Notes: generated by a model not told the origin, from the sequence alone. DNA of 24,090 bases from a virus (IMGVR_UViG_3300031925_000034:1-24090); one strand, 5' to 3'. Shown: positions 1 through 8,414, counted from the first letter of the stretch. Translations and numbers: made by a program.

Positions 1-2
1 TA

Positions 3-86
3 TACGTCTACATCGGCAACGAACAGGTAGATGCGTATATCTACCGGTCGCAAGAAAGACGCAGTATCCGAAGTAACGGGAGGTAG
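3..86 (+). CDS. C-terminal end of an upstream tail gene, probably tape measure protein (partial)
   Basis: Open frame from window edge YVYIGNEQVDAYIYRSQERRSIRSNGR*; position directly before distal-tail-like gene. Confidence 0.6.
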   Translation, partial: YVYIGNEQVDAYIYRSQERRSIRSNGR

Positions 87-91
87 ATAGC

Positions 92-454
92 ATGGCAATG
101 ATACAAATTGATGGTGTGGATTTACCTTCCCCCGTTGAATACAGCGTATCTTTGCAGGATATTGACAGCGAGAACACAAGACGGACGGAAACGGGAGTAT
201 TACAGCGGGATAGAGTGAGGCAGGGAGTGTATAAGATACAGGTCAAGTGGCGAGTTAAGAAGTCGCAGCTTAAAATCATCACAGATGCGCTTAAACCAGC
301 CAAGTTCAGCGTAACGTTTTTTGACCCAACAACTAACACAAACCCAACAAGATATATGTATTGTGGCGACCGCAATGCCGATTTGATATACTACAAGGAA
401 GGCTCCCCGGACGATAGTCTGTGGGAGCTTTCTACTTCACTGATTGAGTACTAG
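92..454 (+). CDS. Phage distal tail (Dit)-like protein
   Basis: 120 aa, 'RRTETGVLQRDRVR' and 'FSVTFFDP...MYCGDR' resemble small Dit-like proteins of Bacillota siphoviruses; position between TMP and large tail protein. Confidence 0.7.
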   Translation: MAMIQIDGVDLPSPVEYSVSLQDIDSENTRRTETGVLQRDRVRQGVYKIQVKWRVKKSQLKIITDALKPAKFSVTFFDPTTNTNPTRYMYCGDRNADLIYYKEGSPDDSLWELSTSLIEY

Positions 455-466
455 GGAGGGAGAGAG

Positions 467-3400
467 ATGTATCCTGTCAGCGAAGCATACAAAAACGCAA
501 TAGCGCAGAATGAAAGGAATGTGAAAATAGTTGGCACAATTACGCTTAAAGATGGTACAGTTATCGAAATAAGCGATGAAGACATTGTGCAAGGTAGTTT
601 GTACGTTTCCGAGCAATGTGTGGCTGGTGAAGACATAGAAATAGGCAACGTCTATGCATCAGAGATGGGTCTGTCTCTAAACTCTCCTCCTGAGAACCCA
701 TATGCGCTTGATGGCGCCAGGATTGTGCTTAATTTTGGCATAGAAACAAGCGAAGGCGTATGGGAATATGTGCCTTTGGGGTATTTCTACGTAACCGAGA
801 TTGAGCGTAAAACCGACATGGTAAATCTTAAGGCTCTGGATGGCATGATACTGTTTGATGTGGACTTGTCGGGAGTGCTCACTTCAGGGACACCGTATGA
901 AATAATAAATTCCTGTTGTTCAAAGGTTGGCATAACCCTTGCTACCGATTCGGCTACATTTAGCGCTTTTGCAAATGGCAACATGACATTTACGCTTTCT
1001 GCCGATAGCAAAGTGCAGACATGCAGAGACCTAATCATGTGGCTATGCCAGCTTACTGGCACATTTGCACGGATGAACCGGCTGGGACAACTTGAAATAG
1101 TGCCTGTCAAGCTCGGTGCGAGTGTTAAGACAATTGATAAGCAGCAACGGTTTACATCGGATGTATCGGATTCCTACGTAAAAATTACAAAGGTTGCAAT
1201 GAAAGTCGGCGACGTAGAATATTCGCAAGGCACAGACGGCATGACAATGGTGCTGGAAGAAAATCCATTGCTAGTTGGCAAAAGCGAGACAGAGATAAAC
1301 ACCGTATTGAGCAATATCCTTAATCAAGTTACTACCGCAGAATACATCCCATACAACGTTAATTTTGCAGGCGACCCTGCTCTCCAAGCAGGAGACTATG
1401 TAACCCTAACAGGCATAAAAGTGTTTGACAAGATATGTGCCACCTTTACCCGTTCCAGTGTCGCCTACCTCAGCGACGGCACTCAGGTCGCCGCCAACGT
1501 CCCCCGCTTTGAGCCTGGCAAGTTCGGCAAGGCGATTATGGTGGAGGAAGGGACGACGAACTTAATTGTTACACCACTTATTGATGCAACCGCAACAAAC
1601 TGGGGAAAGGTAGCTGTACTCGGTAATGGTCAAGCCAATGTGGTAAGTGGGGCTTTATTTGGTGATTATAGTTTGGAAATATCAGTACCAAATAGTATTG
1701 AAGATGGAGGAACTGATAGAGCAATTTGGGAATTAGGAGGTACTGTTCCAGATGATATTAAAGAAGCTCCGCAACCAAATACAACCTATACTTTGTCGGC
1801 TTGGATAACAGACCCTACAAAAGCTGCAAGTATTCAATTTCAGCCTCACGATAGCGATGGGCAATATCACCGCCAATATGGACAGCTAACTGGTAGAACA
1901 GCGATAGATAGTCAAGGCGTAACTTGGTATGAGGTAGCAGTAACTTATACAACAGAAAGTGATGTTACTGATTGGTCTTGGGGTGTTAGAGTATCAAGTG
2001 AGTTTGCAAATTCGAGTGGTACTTGGCGGGCTTGCGGTTTCCAACTTGAGAAAAAACCCTACGCCACCTCCTTTGTGGACGGCACTCGCTCCGCCGAAAC
2101 CTTGACCATACCCACGGCGGGGGTGCTGAACCCGCAGGAGGGGACAATTGAGTTTTGGGTAAAGCCGTTAATAGTGACCAACTATAATAATTTTTTATTT
2201 ATGACTACAAGCAATGGTCGGTTTTTGTTATTCTTTGATATCAACGGAAGAGCTCGATTCGACTATGGCCCTAATAACACAGGCCCTTACGCCCCTGAGG
2301 GAACTATTACATCAAATAATTGGTATTATATCGCTTTACGATGGTCGGCAACTACAGGTAAACAAGCATTGTTTGTTAATGGTGTTAAATATGAAAGTGG
2401 CTTACCAAATGGTGTAGCTACAGGCTTTCCTGCGACAGTAACAATTGTAAATAACTATAGCGCATACATCGACGACTTCCGCATCTCCAGCATTGCACGC
2501 AGCGATGAGGAGATAGCACAGGCGTATGCAAGCGGGCAGCCGTTGCCGGTGGATGAATACACAACGTTGAAGATGAACTTTGATGGGTCTCTCTCGACTA
2601 TTACCACAGTAGGCGATTCAATTGTTACCCATTCGACTTGGCGCTACCGTGGCCCGCACAACATAAAAGCTGTTGGCAAGAGCGCATTGGTACGTGGCGT
2701 GCAGGCACAGCAGACAAAATCCGTATCCGCAGTAAAAACTGTTGCAGAAACAGCCCGAGAAATAGCACAGGCAGCGAATCAATCGACGCAGTTAATACAG
2801 GATGCCATAACAGGGTATGTGCTCATCCGTAAGAACGAGACTACTGGGTCGAACGAGATACTCATCATGGACAATCCAGACCCAGCACAGGCTAGAAAAG
2901 TATGGCGCTGGAATATGGGCGGTCTGGGATATAGTGATAATGTGGTCGGCGTAGATAACCCAGACAGGCAGTACACCATAGCAATAACGATGGATGGGGC
3001 TATAAATGCAGATTTCATAAAGGCTGGGACGTTACAGGGGAATATTATAGCGGCAGGTTCAATCACAGCAGATAAATTAAAAATAGGGAGTACCAAAACT
3101 TCGTCTTTGTATGTTCGTGGGACTGGTTTAAATAGAAATGCTAATAGAATAGTGAGATTGGATGGGATAGACCTTGTTAATGGAACTGGCAGAGGTTTAA
3201 CGCTTACGGTGTTAAATAGAAGTGACCATTCACACGTGTCGTCTACTACTTATGACGTGTATGGCAGTGATACAGCTAGAACTGATTTGGCGAATGCCCT
3301 AAATGCTTTAGGTAATGACAAAATAGTTATTCTAACAAGTTATGATGCAATAAGGTTTAATGCTGCTTTAGAAGCAGCTATTGAACGATGTGGTGGCGGG

Positions 3401-4633
3401 AGTGTTAAGGACAGTTATCTTGCAACAAATTACCGCTTGCCTTATCTATTAATTGGTATTCCTGGAATCGGAAAAGGGAAAGGTATAGAAATTTTTACTA
3501 GTACTGCTTCTGATGCACCGTATGCCGAAATTTCTACTTTGATTGTAGATGGCACTCCAGTTGGGATTAATACAGGCTTTACTAATACAACAATTATTGA
3601 CGGTAGTCAGATTATAACAGGTTCAATCACAGCAGATAAAATTTATGGTGGCACTCTAACACTTGGAGGCGCAAATAACGCAAACGGCGTCATGAACATA
3701 AAAGACGCTTCTGGAGTTATAAAAGCAAGAGGTGACGTTAACGGGTTTTTTATTCTTGATAAAGGAGTTAACGTATCATTAGAGTCAAAGAATAATCTAA
3801 TTCCAGACCACAGTTTCGAGGCTATACCAACGTCGGGGTCAGCAGATGCAACATATTACGATTTTGCTATTGGAACACTGTCAAGGAATTTATTCGACTG
3901 GTTAGCTTCTGGTTCGCCACGCATCTTATCAGCACGAAATACAGACATTGCTCCAGAAGCAGCTTTTGGTTTACAATGTGTTGTAGTTAATAGTTCAAAT
4001 TGGTTGTATGTGTATGTTCCAGTGAAGCCAAGTACAACTTACTATTTATCTGGTTATACAGCTCGTGGTTATAGGAATCCAACCGCTGGTACTCCAAAAT
4101 TATACGTGGATTTTCGTGATGGTAATCTTACTTATATTAGTGCTGTATCCCGAACATTTACGCCCAATACATCTATGTTTGATTGGAAGCGTGTTGGATT
4201 TAGTTTTACTACACCCGATGCTTCAACTAATGTGGAATTTGCAAGAATTGTTGTATACTCTGCTGACGCTAATTACGTGTACTGGGACGGAATACAATTG
4301 GTTGAAGGTGCATTCCCAGCTATATACGACCCAGAAGAAAATTTATGGCGTGCAATGTACGGCGTGGCAGGATTACAAGGATTTAAAGCCTTCAACACAA
4401 ATTACGTAAGAAGAGGTTCAGCAACAATAAACGACTCAACTAATACGACCATAAGTTTTGGTATTACATTTCCTGGCATTCCAACCGTCGTTGCTTCCTA
4501 TCATGATACTAACTCAGGTGATTGGGGTATAGTAAAAACAAGAAATACATCAACTACTTCATTTGATGCTATCATTGGTGGCAAAACTTCAGGGTTGTCA
4601 AGAGTAATAAACTGGATTGCAATATACTATTAG
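467..4633 (+). CDS. Large modular tail/baseplate-hub and receptor-binding protein (carbohydrate-binding, LamG-like, ILEI-like and lectin-like modules)
   Basis: 1388 aa; N-terminal hub region, LamG-like motifs (TIEFWVKP, WYYIALRW, YIDDFRIS), 'VWRWNMGGLGYS...ITMDGAINADFI' tail motif, ILEI-like segment, CBM-like 'NLIPDHSFE...YWDGIQLVEG', C-terminal 'VINWIAIYY'. Confidence 0.85.
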   Translation: MYPVSEAYKNAIAQNERNVKIVGTITLKDGTVIEISDEDIVQGSLYVSEQCVAGEDIEIGNVYASEMGLSLNSPPENPYALDGARIVLNFGIETSEGVWEYVPLGYFYVTEIERKTDMVNLKALDGMILFDVDLSGVLTSGTPYEIINSCCSKVGITLATDSATFSAFANGNMTFTLSADSKVQTCRDLIMWLCQLTGTFARMNRLGQLEIVPVKLGASVKTIDKQQRFTSDVSDSYVKITKVAMKVGDVEYSQGTDGMTMVLEENPLLVGKSETEINTVLSNILNQVTTAEYIPYNVNFAGDPALQAGDYVTLTGIKVFDKICATFTRSSVAYLSDGTQVAANVPRFEPGKFGKAIMVEEGTTNLIVTPLIDATATNWGKVAVLGNGQANVVSGALFGDYSLEISVPNSIEDGGTDRAIWELGGTVPDDIKEAPQPNTTYTLSAWITDPTKAASIQFQPHDSDGQYHRQYGQLTGRTAIDSQGVTWYEVAVTYTTESDVTDWSWGVRVSSEFANSSGTWRACGFQLEKKPYATSFVDGTRSAETLTIPTAGVLNPQEGTIEFWVKPLIVTNYNNFLFMTTSNGRFLLFFDINGRARFDYGPNNTGPYAPEGTITSNNWYYIALRWSATTGKQALFVNGVKYESGLPNGVATGFPATVTIVNNYSAYIDDFRISSIARSDEEIAQAYASGQPLPVDEYTTLKMNFDGSLSTITTVGDSIVTHSTWRYRGPHNIKAVGKSALVRGVQAQQTKSVSAVKTVAETAREIAQAANQSTQLIQDAITGYVLIRKNETTGSNEILIMDNPDPAQARKVWRWNMGGLGYSDNVVGVDNPDRQYTIAITMDGAINADFIKAGTLQGNIIAAGSITADKLKIGSTKTSSLYVRGTGLNRNANRIVRLDGIDLVNGTGRGLTLTVLNRSDHSHVSSTTYDVYGSDTARTDLANALNALGNDKIVILTSYDAIRFNAALEAAIERCGGGSVKDSYLATNYRLPYLLIGIPGIGKGKGIEIFTSTASDAPYAEISTLIVDGTPVGINTGFTNTTIIDGSQIITGSITADKIYGGTLTLGGANNANGVMNIKDASGVIKARGDVNGFFILDKGVNVSLESKNNLIPDHSFEAIPTSGSADATYYDFAIGTLSRNLFDWLASGSPRILSARNTDIAPEAAFGLQCVVVNSSNWLYVYVPVKPSTTYYLSGYTARGYRNPTAGTPKLYVDFRDGNLTYISAVSRTFTPNTSMFDWKRVGFSFTTPDASTNVEFARIVVYSADANYVYWDGIQLVEGAFPAIYDPEENLWRAMYGVAGLQGFKAFNTNYVRRGSATINDSTNTTISFGITFPGIPTVVASYHDTNSGDWGIVKTRNTSTTSFDAIIGGKTSGLSRVINWIAIYY
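3054..3640 (+). repeat. 23-bp exact direct repeat CAGGTTCAATCACAGCAGATAAA at 3054-3076 and 3618-3640
   Basis: Read directly; both copies encode GSITADK in frame and bracket the ILEI-like module. Confidence 0.9.
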
Positions 4634-4645
4634 TGAGGTGATAGG

Positions 4646-5017
4646 ATGATAAAGGAAATATATTATGAAACTACACACAACAAAACACATCATACTATAG
4701 TTCCAGTTATTGAAGGCATGACGATAAAATTAAATAAAGGGTACTATCAAACGCACGATGGAACAAGAATAGAATTTCCAGAAGATATATTAGAAATCGA
4801 AACGCCAGCAGTAGATACTTACTATGCAATAAAATTTCTAAAAAATGGCGAATACTACTGCATCATACAAGAGATAGGGGCAGATGATGCCCCGCAACAT
4901 CCGCTATTTTTAGATAATTTTATAAGTTTTGTAGCACCAGCAGGGTCAACATCATTAGACGACATCGAAATAACTGTGTTGCTACCAAAATTTGTAGATG
5001 AAGAGGTGACATCATGA
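4646..5017 (+). CDS. Hypothetical tail-associated protein
   Basis: 123 aa ORF with GAGGTG RBS directly after the tail protein. Confidence 0.7.
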   Translation: MIKEIYYETTHNKTHHTIVPVIEGMTIKLNKGYYQTHDGTRIEFPEDILEIETPAVDTYYAIKFLKNGEYYCIIQEIGADDAPQHPLFLDNFISFVAPAGSTSLDDIEITVLLPKFVDEEVTS

Positions 5018-5220
5018 AAATAGAGAAGTTTACTTTGCAAGACAAAAAAAAGAAAGAGCAGGACAAATGGGATAAATTCCAGAAATTATCACAAAAAGAA
5101 AAAGAGAAACTATTGTTTAAGCTGTTAGACAAATTTGGTATGTTAGATGATGAGCAGAACAAAAGACAGTACCTAATAAAGAAGCAGAGAACGAATAAAT
5201 ATTATTGTCAAAAAGAGTAG
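5014..5220 (+). CDS. Small hypothetical protein
   Basis: 68 aa, GAGGTG RBS, ATGA overlap with upstream stop. Confidence 0.6.
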   Translation: MKIEKFTLQDKKKKEQDKWDKFQKLSQKEKEKLLFKLLDKFGMLDDEQNKRQYLIKKQRTNKYYCQKE

Positions 5221-5243
5221 GGTTATCACCTACTCTTTTCTTA
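5211..5243 (+). terminator. Intrinsic terminator after tail module
   Basis: AAAAGAGTAGG-gttatca-CCTACTCTTTT inverted repeat followed by T-rich tract. Confidence 0.7.
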
Positions 5244-5276
5244 TTGTATTCTTTTTGGCAGAAAGGGGTATGTACT

Positions 5277-5492
5277 ATGAATTTAGAGGAGAAGGTGAAT
5301 GACATGGAGGTACTATTAGGTAAACATGATGAAAGATTAAAAAAATTGGAGGAATGGCAGTCAAAGCAAAACGGAAGCCTACTCAGGCTTGAACAAAAGG
5401 TAGAAGGTATATATTCATGGCTGATTGGTCTTATGGGTGGTATGATTGTTTCCCTGATTTTGCTTGTCGTTAACATGCTTAAAGGGAGGTGA
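5277..5492 (+). CDS. XhlA-like/holin-like membrane protein
   Basis: Start re-assigned to ATG 5277 (GAAAGGGG RBS); coiled-coil N-terminus, single C-terminal TM helix; precedes endolysin. Confidence 0.75.
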   Translation: MNLEEKVNDMEVLLGKHDERLKKLEEWQSKQNGSLLRLEQKVEGIYSWLIGLMGGMIVSLILLVVNMLKGR

Positions 5493-6247
5493 AGTGGGTG
5501 CAGATTTACGATGTAGGCTTACAATTTAGACAAGCTTTGCAAAAGCGAACAACGACGGACTACATTATCTTGCATCACGCAGCAGCAAGCGAAGCATCGG
5601 TTACATCCATCCATAATTGGCATCTTCAGCGTGGCTGGGCAGGCATAGGATACCACTATTATGTGCGCAAAGACGGAAGCATTTATCGAGGCAGATCCGA
5701 GGACACAATTGGTGCGCATACCGAAGAATACAACAGCCGGAGCATCGGCATATGTGCAGAAGGCAACTTTGAAGTAGAAATGATGTCGGATGCGCAGAAA
5801 CGAGCTATTATAGAGCTATTGCGGGAACTGAAGAAAAGGTATCCGAATGCACAGATAAAGAGACATAAAGACTTTGCAGCAACAGCTTGTCCAGGCAAAA
5901 ATTACCCATTTGAGGAAATTGTACGAGAGACATTAAAGGAGGAAGATGAAGCGATGAAGAAAGGGGATAAAGGTACGCAAGTTAAAAAGATACAAGAAAT
6001 GCTGCTTGCGTTAGGTTATTCGCTACCTAAATACGGTGCGGATGGTGCCTTTGGGAGCGAAACCGAGGCAGCAGTAAATGCATTCAAAAAAGCTGTCAAT
6101 TTGCCACAAAACGGTATTGTAGATATAAACACCTTGCTGGCAATGAGCGAAGCACTTGTAAATAAGGAAAAAGCAAGGACACAAGATTTTCAGAATCGCC
6201 TGCAAGTGGCCAAAACATATGCGAAGAAAATAGCGGAGGAGGCGTAA
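5489..6247 (+). CDS. Endolysin, N-acetylmuramoyl-L-alanine amidase (Amidase_2) with peptidoglycan-binding domain
   Basis: IILHH, GIGYHY, GAH, SIGICAEGNF, H..ATACPG zinc-amidase motifs; 'GADGAFGSETEAAVNAFK' PG_binding_1-like. Confidence 0.93.
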   Translation: MKWVQIYDVGLQFRQALQKRTTTDYIILHHAAASEASVTSIHNWHLQRGWAGIGYHYYVRKDGSIYRGRSEDTIGAHTEEYNSRSIGICAEGNFEVEMMSDAQKRAIIELLRELKKRYPNAQIKRHKDFAATACPGKNYPFEEIVRETLKEEDEAMKKGDKGTQVKKIQEMLLALGYSLPKYGADGAFGSETEAAVNAFKKAVNLPQNGIVDINTLLAMSEALVNKEKARTQDFQNRLQVAKTYAKKIAEEA

Positions 6248-6251
6248 TACT

Positions 6252-6497
6252 ATGGAAATTTACAATGTTGCCATTATCCCTCTTATTGTTGGTGTAGTCG
6301 AGTTGGCCAAAAAACTTGGCCTTCCAGACAAATTTGCAGCCGTTTTAAGCGCAGTTTTAGGCGTGGTAATAGGATTGGTCTATGTGGCGCCAAACGACCC
6401 TGCTAAAGGCGTTTTAATCGGTTTAAGCATGGGTCTGTCGGCAAGTGGGTTGTACAGCGGTGTAAAGAATACGGCGGAAGGTATCAAGGGGCAGTGA
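6252..6497 (+). CDS. Holin
   Basis: 81 aa, several hydrophobic helices, 'GLSASGLYS' C-terminal motif, next to endolysin. Confidence 0.85.
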   Translation: MEIYNVAIIPLIVGVVELAKKLGLPDKFAAVLSAVLGVVIGLVYVAPNDPAKGVLIGLSMGLSASGLYSGVKNTAEGIKGQ

Positions 6498-6512
6498 TGC
6501 CCCTCTTTTTTT
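6487..6512 (+). terminator. Terminator of lysis cassette
   Basis: AGGGGCA-gtga-TGCCCCT then CTTTTTTT. Confidence 0.8.
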
Positions 6513-6624
6513 GTTCCCACCCGAGCAGTTAGCCGCTCTTTTTATGTCTCCGCTTGCAAACATTTTGCTATGCCCGTTCAATTTTCTCTCATTATAAAGC
6601 AAATACAAACGTTATCATATGGGT

Positions 6625-6650
6625 AAAAATAAAAGGGCTTGTTAGCCCTC
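6625..6650 (-). terminator. Terminator of leftward accessory operon
   Basis: AGGGCT-aaca-AGCCCT followed by TTTATTTTT on the minus strand, overlapping the RHH stop. Confidence 0.65.
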
Positions 6651-6797
6651 TTTGTTCTCATCTATAACCTCTCTCAATTTTTCTCTTACAAACTCCGACA
6701 TGGAATATCCCATCTCGGCAAGTTTTTTTTCGGCTTTTTCTTTTAATTCGGACGGTAGCTTCACTTGTATATATGCATCGTTCTTTTTTATTTTCAA
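6642..6797 (-). CDS. Ribbon-helix-helix (CopG/RelB-like) DNA-binding protein, Aca-like position; not in ORF track
   Basis: TTG start with AGGAGG RBS; MKIKKNDAYIQVKLPSELKEKAEKKLAEMGYSMSEFVREKLREVIDENKEG (51 aa): beta strand, helix, G-x-S-x-S-E turn, helix. Confidence 0.8.
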   Translation of the reverse strand: MKIKKNDAYIQVKLPSELKEKAEKKLAEMGYSMSEFVREKLREVIDENKEG

Positions 6798-6822
6798 TTT
6801 ATCGCCTCCTATCTCTTTTTAT

Positions 6823-7203
6823 TTACTCCCAGCCGTCTATCCCCTTTTTAAAAGGGGAAATAACATACGTACAATGTGGAAGGGCGCCGTCAAATTGGCG
6901 ACGCTTGCCTCCTTCTTCGTCCTCGTCTATCAGCGAGGACGGAACTTCTAATTCTTCTGCAAGGGTAATAACCGTTTTTTTCAGTCTTGCCATTTCTTCC
7001 TCAGAGGCTTCATCTCCGAGATAAAGCCCACATACCTCTACAGGCTCTACTACGCATCTATAGGGCCTGTAGAGGACGGCTACTCTTATGTTTCCATCAC
7101 ATTTCTGGGAGGGATGAATATGCAAGTCTATCCCAGCATAGTAGGGAATGTCCCCTACTACGATTTTTATTTTTTTTACAAAAAATTCTTTTAAAATGAA
7201 CAT
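6823..7203 (-). CDS. Hypothetical accessory protein
   Basis: 126 aa, strong AAGGAGG RBS, acidic patches. Confidence 0.75.
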   Translation of the reverse strand: MFILKEFFVKKIKIVVGDIPYYAGIDLHIHPSQKCDGNIRVAVLYRPYRCVVEPVEVCGLYLGDEASEEEMARLKKTVITLAEELEVPSSLIDEDEEGGKRRQFDGALPHCTYVISPFKKGIDGWE

Positions 7204-7230
7204 TTTTTTATTCCTCCTTTATTTTTTTAA

Positions 7231-7253
7231 ATAGGCGTATCGGCTACGCCTAT
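7231..7253 (-). other. Intergenic hairpin with GCCGA loop (copy A)
   Basis: Minus strand AUAGGCGUA-GCCGA-UACGCCUAU. Confidence 0.75.
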
Positions 7254-7257
7254 AATT

Positions 7258-7533
7258 TTAAAAATTGTACTCAAGAGTAATAGGTTCATCGGGCTGCAGA
7301 TTGAAGTGTTCTGCAGTCCTTTGTTGTGCATAAGAGAGGATTGCCTCTCTTATGCTTTCTCCAATAGGGACGTATAGAACTACGTCTTTTTCTATAAAAG
7401 TTTCTCGGGGAATACGTGTCCCCTTTTTGCAGACTGATAGTGTAAAAGTGACATACCAAAAATCTTGATTCCATTTGGTTAAATCCTGATCTTTATAATC
7501 AGTTATGTTGACTACATATATCCTTTTATTCAT
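7258..7533 (-). CDS. Hypothetical accessory protein
   Basis: 91 aa, AAGGAGG RBS. Confidence 0.8.
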   Translation of the reverse strand: MNKRIYVVNITDYKDQDLTKWNQDFWYVTFTLSVCKKGTRIPRETFIEKDVVLYVPIGESIREAILSYAQQRTAEHFNLQPDEPITLEYNF

Positions 7534-7563
7534 TTTAATTCCTCCTTTTATTTTTTTTATCTC

Positions 7564-7580
7564 CCCGCATCGGCTGCGGG
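7564..7580 (-). other. Intergenic hairpin with GCCGA loop (copy B)
   Basis: Minus strand CCCGCA-GCCGA-UGCGGG immediately after a stop codon. Confidence 0.7.
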
Positions 7581-7943
7581 TTAGTTTTCTTCTTTTAAAT
7601 AGTCTAATACATCCACGTGTACAGCAATTCCTTCCCGTGGGTAGATAAGGTCATGGTACTCTTGTGGCAACCAGTCATGTATGCATGTAGGTCTTCCTTG
7701 TGCGTCGAACATTGTTGTGTCATATCTTGGTTGATTACTCCATAGGTATTCCCCGATTTCTACCTCTAACCAATCGGGAATAATTTCACCGTCATCGTTC
7801 CATATTGGGACAAGTCGGACGGGTTGATCTTCCTCCATATATTCTTCTGCTAGCCCGACGTAGTCGTCAGGTAAGTGTTCTACTGCTCTCGCTAAGCGAT
7901 TCCACGTGGTGTAAAATACAAAATCTTCATTAATCTTTTTCAT
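7581..7943 (-). CDS. Highly acidic hypothetical protein (anti-defence candidate)
   Basis: 120 aa, by hand count 27 D/E versus 9 K/R; AAGGAGG RBS. Confidence 0.8.
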   Translation of the reverse strand: MKKINEDFVFYTTWNRLARAVEHLPDDYVGLAEEYMEEDQPVRLVPIWNDDGEIIPDWLEVEIGEYLWSNQPRYDTTMFDAQGRPTCIHDWLPQEYHDLIYPREGIAVHVDVLDYLKEEN

Positions 7944-7977
7944 TTTTTATTCCTCCTTTTTAATTTTTCCCTGCAAT

Positions 7978-8047
7978 AGCAGGTTGAGCGTTGGCGGGCT
8001 GTTATGCCCGCTGTGGGAATTTCACCCACCGTGAACCTTGCCCTGCT
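7978..8047 (-). ncRNA. Twister-sister self-cleaving ribozyme (copy 1)
   Basis: AGCAGG GCAAG GUU CACG GUGGG-UGAAAUU-CCCAC A GCGGGC-AUAACA-GCCCGC C AAC GCUCA A CCUGCU: P1, GCAA/GCUCA internal loop, P2 and two hairpins with a UGNAA loop, matching the twister-sister consensus. Confidence 0.8.
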
Positions 8048-8319
8048 CATAAGAGTAAATCTTCTTCAAAAATTTCTCTTTTTATTTTGTTTACATCTTC
8101 AGTAGCACTAAAGATATACCACTGATTCCCCTCATCCACATCGCATACGTGGATGAGGGCATCTCCATCAATTTTAAAAATGCGTTGCCACCCATTATTG
8201 TTAATCGTGGTGAAGTACATCACTAAATAATCTCCTTTTTTCTCTATCCCAGACAAAAACTCTTCAAAAAGTCCTTCCTCATTTTGTCTGTAATAATTTT
8301 GATTAAAGTTAATCATCAT
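8047..8319 (-). CDS. Acidic hypothetical protein flanked by ribozymes
   Basis: 90 aa, 17 D/E versus 8 K/R; AAGGAGG RBS. Confidence 0.8.
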   Translation of the reverse strand: MMINFNQNYYRQNEEGLFEEFLSGIEKKGDYLVMYFTTINNNGWQRIFKIDGDALIHVCDVDEGNQWYIFSATEDVNKIKREIFEEDLLL

Positions 8320-8351
8320 TTTTCCTTCCTCCTTTTTAATTTTCCTGCTCT

Positions 8352-8414
8352 AGCAGGTTGAGCGTAGCAGCCTTTCGGCTGGCCCGACTTTCACGGCCTG
8401 TACCTTGCCCTGCT
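8352..8414 (-). ncRNA. Twister-sister self-cleaving ribozyme (copy 2)
   Basis: AGCAGG GCAAG GUA CAG GCCG-UGAAAGU-CGGGC CAGCC-GAAA-GGCUG C UAC GCUCA A CCUGCU; P2 covaries with copy 1 (GUA/UAC vs GUU/AAC). Confidence 0.8.

Noticed and set aside
467-4633. Diversity-generating retroelement target in tail protein
   Set aside because: No reverse transcriptase and no adenine-variant template repeat seen in the window.
6642-7203. RelBE-type toxin-antitoxin pair
   Set aside because: The RHH lacks an extended toxin-binding tail and the neighbouring ORF has no recognisable toxin motif.
7978-8414. c-di-GMP-I riboswitch (GGGCAA start) or CRISPR repeats
   Set aside because: The enclosing P1 and GCAA/GCUCA internal loop fit twister-sister; the two-hairpin GEMM layout is absent and the copies are separated by a whole gene.
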